Origin: Trichoplax adhaerens
Taxonomy: Eukaryota; Animalia; Placozoa
NCBI RefSeq assembly: GCF_000150275.1
Contig: NW_002060946.1
Location: forward strand, 5,419,867 to 5,483,866
Direction: 5' to 3'
DNA length: 64,000 nt
Within the stretch, counting starts at the first letter, position 1; each line of letters opens with the position of its first letter. This document shows, one piece after another, positions 1-14,600 of this stretch. The notes under the pieces are model-generated. The model was given only the letters and a program-made list of their open reading frames with translations. It was not told the DNA's origin and did not search any database. The translations under genes were made by a program, and so were the position numbers.

Positions 1-2146
1 ATTATTCTGTTAGTTTGTTCTAGAAGTCTTTAGTATTTCGCGAACTGACTAGGCAATTCGCGAAATCACTGGATTTCGTACTTGCACGGTAACAGTATTC
101 GGCTAAAGTAGAGCTGTGTGTAGTTGATCTTTGTATAAGATTCAATAAAGCCCTTATTTTTCTAAAATTTGGAATTTCGTGATTGGTATATATCACATCT
201 CGCTATAAATTTTTTTAGTAAACAATTCAAAGGCGACCTAGTTATACTATTACCTTACCGTTTATACTGTACTGGATTTAAAATTTAGTCATCTTTCGAA
301 TAGTCGTCATGACTGATTAGACCGATACAGTATCTAAAGGTGAGGCTAAATTTGTAGACGCGGTAGCTAATACATACTACTGATAGTTAATAGAATATGC
401 CACGCAAAATCGTTTCCGTGATAGTGAAATGATACTGATATAAATAGGGTAATCAACATATCCGTCATCAAAATATCTTCCGGATAATATAAGGGATAAC
501 AAGAGTTTCCTTTTATTTTAACATAATTAGACACAATTAGAATCATCGTTATTAAGAAATTGCTCAGTAGATACCCAATTACGGAAGGAATATTTCACAA
601 CGATCATGAAGGGGCTTAAGGGTTACGTTATTATCTAATATGTATGATTTTGTACTAAATTATGAATCTAGTTATAATCAAATTCAGATAGACATATACT
701 TATAAGCAACTCAACCTTAATATTATTTCTAAAAAATGAATGGCTGTCACAAACCAGCTTCGTGATAAGGATAACGTAAAACAAATCTCTAAATTACTAT
801 AGTCTCCGGGATTCAGTATCCCTTAACTACCTCACAAGAATTTAGACCTCTTTGATTCTACGTTAAACTCAACTAGACAATTGAGAACTGCTTTATTCAA
901 CTATCTGACGGGCTTATATACCCTTCTACAGCAGCTAACATTCATGAGTCATCTTATAAAAATTCTTATGTAAGAACATCTACTAACTAATTTTTCACAG
1001 TCGGGCTACAATATGTCCATTCACAGAATCATTTCAGTACACATTACAGCACAGCATTAAATTTACTGTAACACATTTATAATTAGAGTAATTCCTACTG
1101 TAAGTAACTAGTTGTAATATATTATCACTATATTATATTAACCAAATTTAGATGGCTATTTCTTCACGGTAGTTCGTACCGTGACAATGGCATAAGAGCT
1201 TTATTAATTATTAACACCAAAATAGAGTAACAATGCATTTATTAACTCCTTACGAGTACCTGTGCCATTAACGTTAAAAGCAAAATTGACGTATCTGAGA
1301 TTCGAAAAGGATTAGGATACGCAATGTAATGATTTACCACACAGGCAAAAAATACTAAACACCATGTCAATGATGCATATAAACTGATAACTGTATCGCA
1401 TTAATACATCGAAATTTTAGTCTTTGTTGTAAATGCAAATTACACCAATTATCACCTTAACTGGCGATTTCATTCTTGGTTTTTGGATATTTCGATGAAG
1501 AAAATTTAAAAAGCATCAGTAACACAAACTATAGAAATGTTATATCTACTTTCCATATAACTTATCAAGGCTTATCTATTATAGCCTCATAGAAATACTT
1601 TCAATCTTATACAATTACACAAAATTGCTAAATATTATGTTACTGATGAATCGAAATGACTTACAGGAATTGTATTGTAATTTATCACTATCAATGTAGT
1701 ACAAATTATAGTGTTAACTTACAGCTTCAAATGGCTGTTTACTACATTTATAAAAAACTTATTGTTATTATACCAATTTTTCGTAAATACTTTATAAGAA
1801 TTTTGTAATACTAACTTAGGTAATATGATTAAATTTTTCACGTTACATGGTAAATCAACTATAGTTGCGCTTATTCTCTATCCTTCTGATCTATACCAAT
1901 AAAATTAGACTAGCGGGAGTGAAGATATCATTCTAACTGAAATAGATCACATAACTGTCTTTCAAATTTCATTTATAGAAAGCTATCATCCTATGATTTT
2001 GCCATGAATTAGATACATTGCCAGTATACGCAATGAACCTTTTGACTTCGACATTTTTAATACAATATTTACTAATTGTAATCTAATTTATCCATGCTAA
2101 AGAGAAAATTTTAATTCGATACATCTTCCATGTTGCTATATAGCTG

Positions 2147-2689
2147 TTACATGATGATACATTTATTATCTTGCCGTTGCTTTATGAGTTCATAGACAGA
2201 GAGATAACCTTGAAGACGAGCAGTCCGAGCAGGTGATTTTGCATCATAGTTCTTGATTTTACAATCGAGGGTATCAATCTTTAAGATTTCTTGAACGATA
2301 TCCCGATTTCCGTTACGAGCAGCTAAATGGAGAGCAGTGTCTCCTTTAACATTCTGAGCATTAATATCACGAATAAAATCACTACAACTCAGTAGTAGCT
2401 GGACTATAGCTGCATGTCCATTTTCGCATGCTACATGAAGGGCCGTATCGCCATTGAGATTATTCATTGCAAGATCAATATTGGGGTGGCTATTTTTATA
2501 ATTAATAATTACTTGCACTACTTTAGTACGGCCTCGTGCGGCAGCCAACAATAATGGCGTATTTTTTTTACCATCAGTGTCGTTAACATTCGCAACAGTC
2601 TTCAGTAGGCTATAAACAACAGCAGAATTACCGCGTTCAGCTGCTTCTAGTAGTAATGTAGTAGTACTATTCAATCTGAGTCTTTTCAT
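2147..2689 (-). CDS. Intronless ankyrin-repeat protein (~4-5 repeats, 180 aa) with C-terminal CaaX box (KCIIM); paralogue 1
   Basis: Ankyrin motifs NTPLLLAAARG, GDTALHVACENG, GDTALHLAARNG; ends CIIM-stop. The ORF track starts at a TTG (2734); the first ATG is at 2689 (MKRLRLN...). Confidence 0.9.
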   Translation of the reverse strand: MKRLRLNSTTTLLLEAAERGNSAVVYSLLKTVANVNDTDGKKNTPLLLAAARGRTKVVQVIINYKNSHPNIDLAMNNLNGDTALHVACENGHAAIVQLLLSCSDFIRDINAQNVKGDTALHLAARNGNRDIVQEILKIDTLDCKIKNYDAKSPARTARLQGYLSVYELIKQRQDNKCIIM

Positions 2690-4969
2690 TTTATACCAGT
2701 ATGCTTTCAAGATGAAGCTCAAGCTTAATTTCAACTTTAATTTACAGTAATAAATTCCTATAAGTGAGATAAAGAATAGTTTTAAAGCTCGATACCTGTT
2801 TCATGAAGCGCTTAAACAACTTTAGTGATAAGTACACACACTCACACACAGTATTAATTTACTTCATATGGGATTAAAATACAACTTTGGTAGCAGTTAA
2901 GTATGAAATTGTCCAAATCAGTGCAAAAATTTTCTGTTACAAGCCGAATAGAGATTAAACTAAGCAGTAAATTTGAATGATGTAGAGCCTCTGAGGTTAT
3001 GTAAATATTTAAAATTTGACCGATAACCAATTATGATTATTCCAACTGATCTCCAAAAACCGGATACGAATTGTTATTAATTTATCATACTTTAGATAAA
3101 TTTATAGTATCACCAGTATTACGATTCATATACTAATGATATACCATTTTATAATTCATAAAGGATAGTTTTTATTTTACTTATATAGGGACAAGAATCA
3201 CGAAAGATTGTAAGCTATAATTTATAAATCTGATCCAATCTACTAATATATCCACTTCCGTAGATTTTCTGATTTTAATTTTAACTGTAATCTGTGACTT
3301 CTGTCGTATGAATGATTATGAAATGTCTTGTATTAGAATTTATCTTCGATAAGGAATGAATCTACTAGACGGAAAGACTTAGCTTCCAGTTACAAGTTAC
3401 ATTCACTACATGGCAATAAATTTGACATAAATAAATTTAACGTAAATAAATGGGGTAAATGTAAGAGAACACACCTGTAAACAAGTGTTATAGCATTGTT
3501 TACATGATAGTAGTTTAATTTAAGAAATTTTAATTAACTTCTGCTTATTGCATTATTGGCAGAAATTTAGTTATACTTCTTTCAGAGTATATAATGAACG
3601 TATATTAATATGAATTTTGCCTAAGGTAAAGGTGGTTTACACAGTCGTTATATCAAATTACGAAGAAGTTGGCATAAATCTGCGATTCTATGAAATAAAT
3701 ATTAATCTTCGAAGTGCTTTAGTAATATAAAATTTATCGTGATCAATATACATATTAGAATATATTCCCGTACAAGCTAATTTAAAGTTAAAACTCTGAT
3801 TAATGACGTATTTAAGTTATTCTTGCTATTTGAAATTGAGAATATCATTACACGGATAGAAATTTTTGTTGAAATCGTTCATGTAAAGAAATGGAAACGT
3901 AATAAATCGTTTACTTCATTCACGCAGTATTAGACATATCATTCATCCGTTGATTTAAAGGTAATAATTTCAAAATCATCCTATCCGTACTTTTTACAAT
4001 CCAACTATTTTTACCTGATATGGAACGAGAGATTTCTTCTTCAAGACAAGGAAGACAGAAATATCAAATGATTTAAGTGAATGATTAAGATGAAAATATA
4101 GATGGCGATTCTATTAGCGAAATTTTTATGAGTGATTAAAAAATTGAAAAGTAACGGTGGTTATATAACTATTTTTCGATTGTACGAACTATCAATAGAT
4201 AGAAGGCATCAAAATAGAATTCAATAATTGTATGTTGCAAATATAAAATAATTATCAGTACATAGAAGATTTTTGCATGACAATTGGTTATGATGATTGT
4301 AAGGAACAGAAATGATCACAATTAAATCGACTATGATTGATTTTTAACTTTGACGTAAGAAATAAAGGTAATAAAGACAATGGCTATTTATCTGGACAAG
4401 ACCTCCAAAAGGATAGTGCTGATGATGTCGTTACCCCAAAAACACTTATCCTATGATACCTATTACCTGATAATGTAGAAAAAGAATAGAATTTGATTAC
4501 GCTTAGATCCAATGAGATTGAACAATGTAACCGTAAAAAAAGAGCTGCTAATATTCTTATCCATTATGATATCAATATCTGACTTGACTGAGATGGGTAG
4601 TACCGTAAAGGCTTTCGATTGCATCCTGTGGCGTAGCCCCAAATATAGCTAAATAGATTGTGAAAATTGTGAGTAGCAAACGATAGGTTGTGAGATTGTA
4701 GAGTAATAAGGTTCTAATTAGGTAAATGAGTTTATTAAGACTAACCAGTTACAGTAAGTATTTTAGCTCTGCTTAGAAATATCTTGTTAAGGTGTTATAA
4801 CACCAATGAAGGGTGCAAAGCGTGCTGGAATAATTAACAAGGTTGATTATGTGTAAAAATGCAAATGTATATAAACCGGAGATTTTATCTCAGTTGGTGA
4901 GTGAGCACACCATGTAATATAAAGTGAATTAAGAGAATTATTTTCCTAAGATCAGAGGTTTCATTTTTT

Positions 4970-5898
4970 TAACTTAGATTAGATACTGTAAGATCTCTCT
5001 TACTTCACTTATATATGATCAATTTGCTAGAATTATAGCACAAATTAGATTCCATAGTATTGCATAAGATACTATTTAATCGGCAAACTTCTCTAAAGAT
5101 CCGGTGTTAATCTCATTACTTACTTGAGCTCTACAATTAATATCTGTTCCAACTTGTAGAATAATAGCCCATTATATACTCACTCCTATCTACGTAAGAC
5201 CAATATCTAGGGTGGATTTTACAGTATTAGTATGTACTAGTATAATAATTTAGACTCGTCTAAATATGGTAGCGATCAAGCCCTTAATCCAGCCATGTAG
5301 GCTGATATCTTGCTTAGATTTCACCTTTGTAATAGTATTGGCGCATGTAATAATTTCGATTTTTCTAAATTTAGTCAAGCCTTTATTTCCGGTATAACGG
5401 TATTTAAGCTATCTCCTCTTTACTTTTAATGGATATACAGACGGATATCTTAGCTGGATTTTTACATTCGCAAAAGCATTAAAGCGTGCAATAATTTAGA
5501 TTAGATCCCTTAAACCAGATCTGCCAACATGTAAAATATCTCTTTGACTGCTATGGAAATTCAGGATGAGATCTTGGCCAGATTTTACGCTTGTGATATC
5601 ATTAAGAAATGTATTACTTTAGATTAGTTCTATATTGCAACTATACCCTTAATCTAGCCAAGACAACATGTAAACTCTTCCCAGTTCAATTTTATAGAAA
5701 TAGAGCTCAAAAGTTTTGATTAGACTTTAGACTTGAGATATAACATTAAGATAGGTGATAGTTTAGATAAAATCTAGCCAGTAATTATGCCTTTAGTGGC
5801 GACCCTATGGCAATTTAAAGGAATTAAAATATACAACCGCTAATATCAGTAAAGTGAAAGTAGATAATCTATCGGCATTGGTTGGCTTTGTACTATAG
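4970..5898 (+). pseudogene. Probable decayed leucine-rich-repeat (RI/NLR-type LRR) gene fragment
   Basis: Short translated pieces in shifting frames, broken by stops: YNNLDS, CNNLD*, LNLAKTTCKL, TLDLRYNIKIGDS, GNLKELKYTTANIS. Recurrent degenerate DNA motif CCCTTAATCyAGCCA. No intact ORF. Confidence 0.35.
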
Positions 5899-8032
5899 AC
5901 GTGGACGTCACTAAAATTAAATAGCGAGAAATGATTTCTTGTTCCACTTCACCTTACGACATAAACTTATTCTTCAACCAAGGACTGCATGTATATATCT
6001 CCGCCATAACCATATCTAATGGGATAATTTTACAATGTAAGTGCAAGTATAATCAATCGATCTTGACCTGCTATATAACTAAGATCTATCTCCATCACTA
6101 AGGATTGAGCAATCAACAAGAACCTAAAATGGTCATTCTTATTTGTTATTACACTACGGATAAACGAATAATGCATGATTCCAGAAAACATGACTCCGGA
6201 AATTTAGCATATTTGAATTTCTTTTACTTTCCAGTCGAGAATAGAAGATCGGCTGGGAGATATCGCCTAAGCGTTAAGAAGCAAGAAGGAAATGCTCATT
6301 TACTCTGTTGGGAGTATGTAGCTAGCTATTCCTTAAGCTGCAAAATTGACTCTAATAGTTCACATCAGCAATAAACTATCCGAAACTTACCTCAAAAATT
6401 GAATTAGTTAAATACTTTATAATGCTTAAATTATCAATTTTATGATGCTTCCTATTGTCACAATTCCAGATAGAAAAACGTACAAACAGCTAGATATCTG
6501 TTAAAGAAGAGTCCTCTAATATCCTGTTCAATCCTGCTACCTTAATTACTCGTATTAATTATAAAGCGCAATCTATTTACCCAGCTATCATCAATAATAA
6601 GTACTTTACAGGATAATTCTGTCGTTTATTTATAGGGAAATTCAGCCGAATAGCAAGATAATGAATGGGCCTACCTGTAATTTCATGATTGCTCCTCATA
6701 GGCGTAAAGTATTTTTCTTACTAGGTAAGAGATTACGAGTGTCGTAGCAAAGAACATTAGCCCCAGCTAATTCAACTTTTCTTGCACCCATAATAGCATT
6801 AATTATATAGAAAGTCAACGGTAAAATCAACCATTATGTCTGAATAGTGCAATCGCCTGTAGGCCCATTAAAATGGACGATGCCTTACACTGATTACTCT
6901 TCGATTACCTTGTTGAACTACAGTAATATGGAAATGGACAAGCTAAAACTCTGAACAACGAACAAGATTTCTATCGATTTTGTAGCGTTAAATTACTTCA
7001 TTAAGACATTTTACATTTCTCTTTCCACCAATACCTTAGTACAAAAAGTCATTATTTTATTCTTGACTTCAAGATAGCCACATTTTGCAGGAGAAATATC
7101 GCACTAAATCAATTTTTTTCGCTATGATCAGTGACTGAATTATTATAGTTCATGGAATCATTCATGGCTCATAAATCTTGTAAATTAACCTACTTTTAGG
7201 CCGGAAGAATTTGTGTCTGTTCACTATGTAATTGTCGAAAGAAAATGGCAACTAATAAACATAAAATGCTGGCTAAACTTAGTCAAAATCGATATCTTTC
7301 TCTAGCCAAGTGGACACGACAGAAATAACATCTACTAGTGTTAAAATACAGAATTTTTCATCTAATGTTATACCTATCATGGCTTAAAAGGAATGAAAAT
7401 ATTTTATTTATTAAATAGAAGTTCAAGCAAATAAAGTTAATATGCATTATCAGATCATAAGAGAGTAGTAATTATCCCACTAGTTAAAGCAGTATCCAAT
7501 CTCGGATGAAAAAGAAGAACTTTAATACTCCATAAAACCTCATAAATGAGACACTGAAAAAAAACATTTTATAATGTATTTTTAAAGTAATTCTAGTTGA
7601 CCTTATAAGTAAGACGGTACCCATTTCTAAAATATAAATTCAATCTATCGTATTCAAATTGGAAAATATGCTTATATTAATCCTATAACTTTGATTTCTT
7701 TTTAAATTTTTAGTCTTAATTATAAAAAATTGAGCAGGACCAATTTCTGTCAAGTTTTCAACACTAACTAAGAGTTTCCTGCTATTATTTTAGTTGAAAA
7801 TAAATCTTCTTCCATATCTCACGGTTAGTATTTAGTAATTTCTCCTTTTTAAGAATTAAATGTATCCATTTTAACACTTGCAAACTACGGTAATTAAAAC
7901 AGACGCAATAAGGTTAGTAAATGATTTTTCTGTAGAGAATATATACGTAACATGATCTTGAAGGCTCTAATTTAGGGCCGCTATAAAGATAAGTCCGGAT
8001 ATCGCAAGTTTAAATCATTTAAGGAAAAGTTT

Positions 8033-8620
8033 TTACATAATTTTACAACTTGGTCCATCTGCCGAAGCAAACTTGTGTAAATCTTCAGAAATGGTTTTAT
8101 TTCCATTTAGTTTAGCCATGTGTCTAGGTGTCTTGTATTTCTTGTTTACTATTTTAAAGTTGATACCTGGAGTTCTTGCTAATAAATCTATAGCACTTTT
8201 ATGACCCACGATAGCCGCACAATGCAAAGCTGTATTGCCTTCTTTATTAACTGCGTTAACATCTTCAATCACTTGTCGATATTTTAGTAGCAATTTAACC
8301 ACACTGGTATGGCGGCCAATACAAGCTAAATGTAATGCAGTATTGCCATCGCGATTACGATGTTGAACATCGATAGGTCTGCATCTTGTGGATGTATAAT
8401 TTAGTAGAAGTTCTGTAGCACTAGCATGCCCATAAGCAGCTGCTAAGAGGAAAGGCGTATTATGATCTCCATCGACTGGATCTAAATTAGTCATAATAGG
8501 AAGTAACGCTTTTAAACCTATTATGTAGCCATTTTCGGCATCTTTAAGAAATTGTTTAGAGCTTGCTTCGCCTATCGACTTAATATCACGATCAATCCAC
8601 TCTTTCGCGGCACGAAGCAT
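8033..8620 (-). CDS. Intronless ankyrin-repeat protein (195 aa) with C-terminal CaaX box (SCKIM); paralogue 2
   Basis: ATG at 8620; NTPFLLAAAYG, GNTALHLACIG, GNTALHCAAIVG; ends CKIM-stop; colinear with paralogue 3 including the N-terminal helix. Confidence 0.92.
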   Translation of the reverse strand: MLRAAKEWIDRDIKSIGEASSKQFLKDAENGYIIGLKALLPIMTNLDPVDGDHNTPFLLAAAYGHASATELLLNYTSTRCRPIDVQHRNRDGNTALHLACIGRHTSVVKLLLKYRQVIEDVNAVNKEGNTALHCAAIVGHKSAIDLLARTPGINFKIVNKKYKTPRHMAKLNGNKTISEDLHKFASADGPSCKIM

Positions 8621-11600
8621 TTCTATAATTCAAGGTAAAATGGTTTGTCGTAGGAAAGTGTCGATACTTGGATTAAAATAAGTCACTTTTTCCTAGACTA
8701 TCGTACAGTAGTTGAAAGTTGAAGATAGAAATTAACGTTAGACGTCTTTCATTTTTTATGAAGAAGTAGTGAGTTCAGCAACTCTTCGGCTTAGACGATT
8801 ACCAATAATATCTTTCAACCAGTAATGGACGAAATGTAGTGTAATATCTGAACCTCCTCTATCCAAGTTTAATCGATTGCTGATACTGAGAAGAAATGAC
8901 AACAGCTTCTCGTTAATAAAATAACGACGATAAAAGTCAATCAATAACCCTTAATCAACAGTCTTCTTAACCTTTCACTGATAAACATGCCAAAATGTTT
9001 TCTTAAGTCAACAATGTCGTCGTTAGCAAGTTACTAGGAAAAATCAAAAGTTCACTTAATAATTAGGGTTCAATATGAGATTGAATCAAGCGCTAAAATA
9101 AATAATTGATCATCGTGATACTATTGCTTATATAGGGTGTCGTTAGCTACTACTGTATAGACACCAGAAATAGGTTGCTAATCACCTTAATTATTATGAT
9201 TCTTTCCATTTAGCCCGACTTTGAACTCACTACATGCTTTTACATGTGCTGTATAAAAATTGACATCATCATCATTAGGCGAATAATTAACTTTGACATC
9301 TTTGTTATTAGATAATGAGAACAACCCAGAATGTCACAAGCACCACCTACTTAGCCGGCCATTATGGATATCATAATATTTTCAATAGTTGCATACAATA
9401 GCAAACTGAAAACGATGATAATAATGATTATACTCGGTAATAACTCTGCCTTACAACTCCTATCCTAGGTAGAGATATAGATTTAGCCGTTATTTTCCAT
9501 TATAAATGGTAGGCATTATATTAATTTTGCATGAGAATGACTATTTTTAATCACCTGTTGCGTGATAAATAAAGCTCTATTTTATCTTTCCTTCAACGCT
9601 TTTGCAATCTGTTGACCTTCTTTTATTGTAGAATGAAAAGAAATCTATAATCTATATCAAGATAGATTATATTTTCCTAATAATAATATCATCACGTGGA
9701 TAATGACGTTATTCTTGCTAGACAAGATAATATGGGAAAGTTTGGCTAGAGAATAAAGTGTACAACACTACAATAGTAATCACGACGGATGACTTGATCG
9801 TTAATCTATGGATTATGATTTAATTTCTTATCCTCTTACGTAGGCATTACGAATGATTAACTCTTGTTGATAAAGACACATATTTTGCATTAGCTAAAAG
9901 CACTCAATTAGAATTGAATATTGATACTTCTATTACTGTTATATAGGGTTGTGATAGAATTTAAAAATAGGAATAGGAATAATATTTCATCATGTTATGA
10001 TTAATAACTTAACTGGAATCGAACAACATATGGTATACTTTACATTTTGTAATGTCAGTGCCTTTAAATTAGGATCCAAGGCATCAACTTTGATTCAATG
10101 ACGTAAAACATTGTTTTATTGTAACTAAATGAATTAATAATTAAGAAAACAACTCCAAATACTATTTATTGGTACTACATAACCTTGACTTTTATTATCA
10201 CGTGAAGAATTCATGAGTATATATATTTTATAAATAGTAATCAAGTTACAACAGCTCTAGTGACCTATGGGCATAAAAGATGAGTAAAAATGTAAAAGAG
10301 AAGAAAATTAATTCAATTAGGATTAAGGTGATATAGAATCAATATTCACCCAGTCATCATTCTAATGATTATGTATAACTCAAAATCCAACGTACCATTA
10401 ATAAAATGCGTTCTGTATAAGATATATATATATAATTTGACAATATTTAAAGTGTTTTTGTAATGTAGTACTTATAAATATTACTATTAATAATTTTAAA
10501 TCAAGGCAATAAATTATTCTTCAACATCTATTTCAAAATAAAGATTGCATGAAGTAATAGTCGAATCATCATTATTATTTATAACGAATATAGTACAACA
10601 TTTAATCCAAGTCATAATTATCCTTATTTTATTGTTTGTTAGTTATAATCATACAAGGGTAAAGAAAAGTAAAGTGTTACTATCTTACATTGATAACAAT
10701 CTGATTCACTCAGTCAATAATACAGATTTGCATGAAGGAGGTACCAGATTGTGTTTGTTACTATTTATAATCATAGAGGACAAGTATTCATCATAACCAA
10801 GCCCAGTGTGAAGGAAAAAATACTTAAGATAACACACTCCTGACGTTGACTTTCAACCAACTACTAAACCAATACAATAGTTACTATGTTAGACTATGAT
10901 GTCAACACACAATGCATTATATATTTATGTGACTTTAGATTTCCACGGTAACAGAGTCAAGTGAAAATAATTTTCTAGATAGCAAAGAGTTTTATATTTG
11001 TGAAAGATTATCAGTTGATACAATGCATCCAACTTGCATCCTACAGAGTATATTCTAGCATTCAAATAATGTGCAAATATATATATGTTAAAGACCAGAT
11101 AAATTAAATTACTTTTAAATCAAAAAGGTCGAAAAATCGAAATATTTTTCTGCATGTGTTTATTCTTTAAATAAGAACATAAATTTAATTGATGTTAGTG
11201 GTTATTAGCAATCACCTGTCTCTGGCTATAGCGCTTTGTATAGCTAAATAAATTTATTACCAGTTTATAATCTAATTTACTAACAACTAGACCCATATCA
11301 GTACTGTATGTAGAAAATAGCATCGCTCAAATTTAAAGTACTGTATCCTAATATATAATATAACGGTACAAAGCATCAACGTTCTTGCTAGGTATCTGAC
11401 TGATTTCCTGCGAGACTAATTTTTTAATTAAATTATGGTTTATTTTCCGCTTCAGTCGAAGCATCTACGTCATTTCCAAATGCCTGTTATTCTTTCTTGC
11501 CATAATTACATAGTAGCATATTTAAATCAAAGGAAATGCATTAAATTTAACTGTTGAATTTTTGCTCCGAAAATTATTTGCCGGTATATGAAATTAACTT

Positions 11601-14600
11601 ACCTACCCTTGTTCGCTACAGAACTCTTCATGATGGGCTGTATTAATTCAATTTTCTTAGCTGTAATGGAAAATAAATTTTATCCCGTAAACTAGTCAAC
11701 GGTTTTTAATAATAGATGTAGGCTAATAGCTTAAGCTTAGCCGCTTTGAAACAATCTAAATGATAACATTCAGTATACTGATTACGTAATCGATCTCTTG
11801 GGAACGGGTTTGTTTTTTCCTTCCTTTGCTGCAAAAGCGTACAATAATATCACAGTATCTAATGACTACGATTATTTAACAAATAAGACGTTAAATCCAA
11901 GCTAGAACATATCATTTTTCATTCATTTATTCTATTTAATTGTATCATGGTTAAAATTTCTTCTATTAGTAATTTTTATTACTGCTCTAAAATAGCTGTT
12001 TAGATTAAGTACCAGTAAGTAATATAAAAATTTTAAACTTACAATTAGCTACAGTAATTTCAGAAAAGAGTTCAATCTGAGATTTTGAAGTTGATGCCAT
12101 ATAAAAAATCTTAAATATTATAAATTCTACTCTCAATGGTACATCATAAAAGTTATGTAATCACCAAACATTGCACTTCAATTTCATTCCATCAAACTAA
12201 ATATCATGAATAACAGATACAAAACTTTATCTAAACTGGATAGCTACAGTCAAAATCCTAACCTTGATGGAATGGAAATATGTTAATATTACTTTTGCTC
12301 TTAAGGCCAAGGATACAGCACTTACTGTATTGAAATAATTGCAATTGTCCTATACTAAATAATAAAACCTGATAGAATTAAATGTAGATCCGTAATGCTA
12401 TAGAACAAGAGATGAAGGTTAAAAATATAAAATCTAGCAAATAAATTATTTGTCTATTTTATAAATCAGCTCGGAAAGTGTCTAAATAAAGAATAACTGC
12501 GCCATTTACGTGATATGAGGACATTCTCTTGTTACTGTATAGGATAAAAATATATGAAAGTATCATCCATTGAAAAGACATCAATATTCCGAATAATAAG
12601 ATCGATCGAAGGAGCAATCGAAATTTCGATAAGCAGGAAACTCATTTCAGTCAATATCATGAAATCATCATAACAGCTTCCCAAGGAAAGCAAAACTGAC
12701 TAATAAACAACCATCAGCATTGTTGATATTATATAAATCTATAATTTCTACTGTTACATAACGTCAAATTCTTTCTGTAATAGCTGCGTGCACGTGCATA
12801 AACGGTAACACGAGTTGTGACGAAAACCAATCATCCAGATCTAGATGATTCATTACAACAGCAAATTAAAGGGAGAGTTGAGACATTGCGGCGTAAATGT
12901 GCGCTTCTTTCCAAGCTACGGTCTCGAATTGTGTCCATTACTCAATACTAAATGATATTATGGCCAGTATACCAGTAAATTTACCTGTATTAGTTTCTGT
13001 CTGACCTGTAGGAAAACTATTCTCTGCTAGATTATTTACGTGTGGTATTTCTAGGCCTACATAAAGTAAATAAACAATGTCAAATAAGAAACGGATATTG
13101 AACCAATGTGTATAAAAGCTGCCATAATCCAAGCAATACTTACCGTATATATTGGCATAAAGCTCCGCAATAACAAAGTTTCATTGTTTAGAATTATTTA
13201 GAATTTGCGTATTAGTTATTTCGTAAATAACTAAAAATGTTCTGACAAATTATAATAATTCATTTCCTAGACTTGACTTTAAAAATTTCATTCAGCGGCT
13301 GTTATGTGTCTAAACTATTATTGTACACGTTAGTTACTCCCAGAGTAGCTTGCAAATTACCGTACATCAGTTCTTTTTATTACGTAACTTGTGCTTATTT
13401 ACTTCTACTAGTAACAACACATACCATCATGATACGTGAATTTCACTAACTATACTTAGGGCTATGAACTAACCTATACTATTTCATATGATAAATCCCT
13501 ACATATCCATACTAAGAGTTACAGAACAATTACATTTTGATATTAAATATTATATATTCATCTAATTTTACCTTACAATTATAAATACTTGTTTTTACGA
13601 TACCGTACATATCACTAGCATTGCCTCCTTAACCCAAATTTTATTTCAGTATAGCAGGTCCATCAGACATTATTTCAATTTTGCTTACAAATTGATGAAA
13701 TTTGTACTCATCCTAATTATTAATCGCTTCCATAGCATAGCGGAACATGTCAATCGGCCACAAAATCAATTTAATGAGTTCCTTAACTTTGAATAACTGT
13801 TGATAGACAGTTGATAATTTTAATTGCAGTGAGCTCTGCCGTGTCAATTATAAGGATAGGTTCAGTTTTGAACAAATTCTTCTTATTTCTATTTCCGGAA
13901 TAATACTATATTGTAAAGCATATTGTATGCGATTATGCTTTTTAAGTCGACTACGTATGATCAGTATAATATACGAACACACAAATAAATACACGTATAG
14001 TATATATCAATCTACATGTAAGGTAAACGAGCATACCTGTATAACTGCATAGAGTAGTTTCAAGTCATCACACAATGATGGAATTAAATAGATTAACTAG
14101 AGTAACGATCAAAAATTATAGAATCTACGATTAGTTAATCTATTCGGTTACTGAAGATCGCTCTTTTCTACTATTTTATTACGCTAGTAATCATTGCCGG
14201 AAAAAGTACATAATACCTAAGAATTTAAGTAATTCAGCCAACTGATTCGGATTTTGTATTAAAAATGATACTATAATTGGATGATATAGTTTTATAATGA
14301 AAGTAGCTTGTATTTTTATATTAGAGAAAACTAATAATTTAAATTAATATTAACCTTCTCTCTACATTAAATTTGAAATCAAGTTTATCCCAGTAAATGC
14401 AGCGATACTTTACATTAAGTAAGATAGGCAGCTGAAATATTACATCTTTTAGCTATTCAGCTATTTTGAGCGAAAGTTTCTTAATTATGCAAAGCAGCAT
14501 GGAATAGCGAACCAATACCAATATAGTATCTTTATACAGCCAATCGTACTTATTCTATCACTTCCCATTCTCGATAAAAATGTGTCTGCTAATTGATCGC

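Noticed and set aside
2690-2734. 15-codon N-terminal extension of ankyrin paralogue 1 in the ORF track
   Set aside because: Starts at TTG; the first ATG is at 2689. The matching 195-aa length is coincidental.
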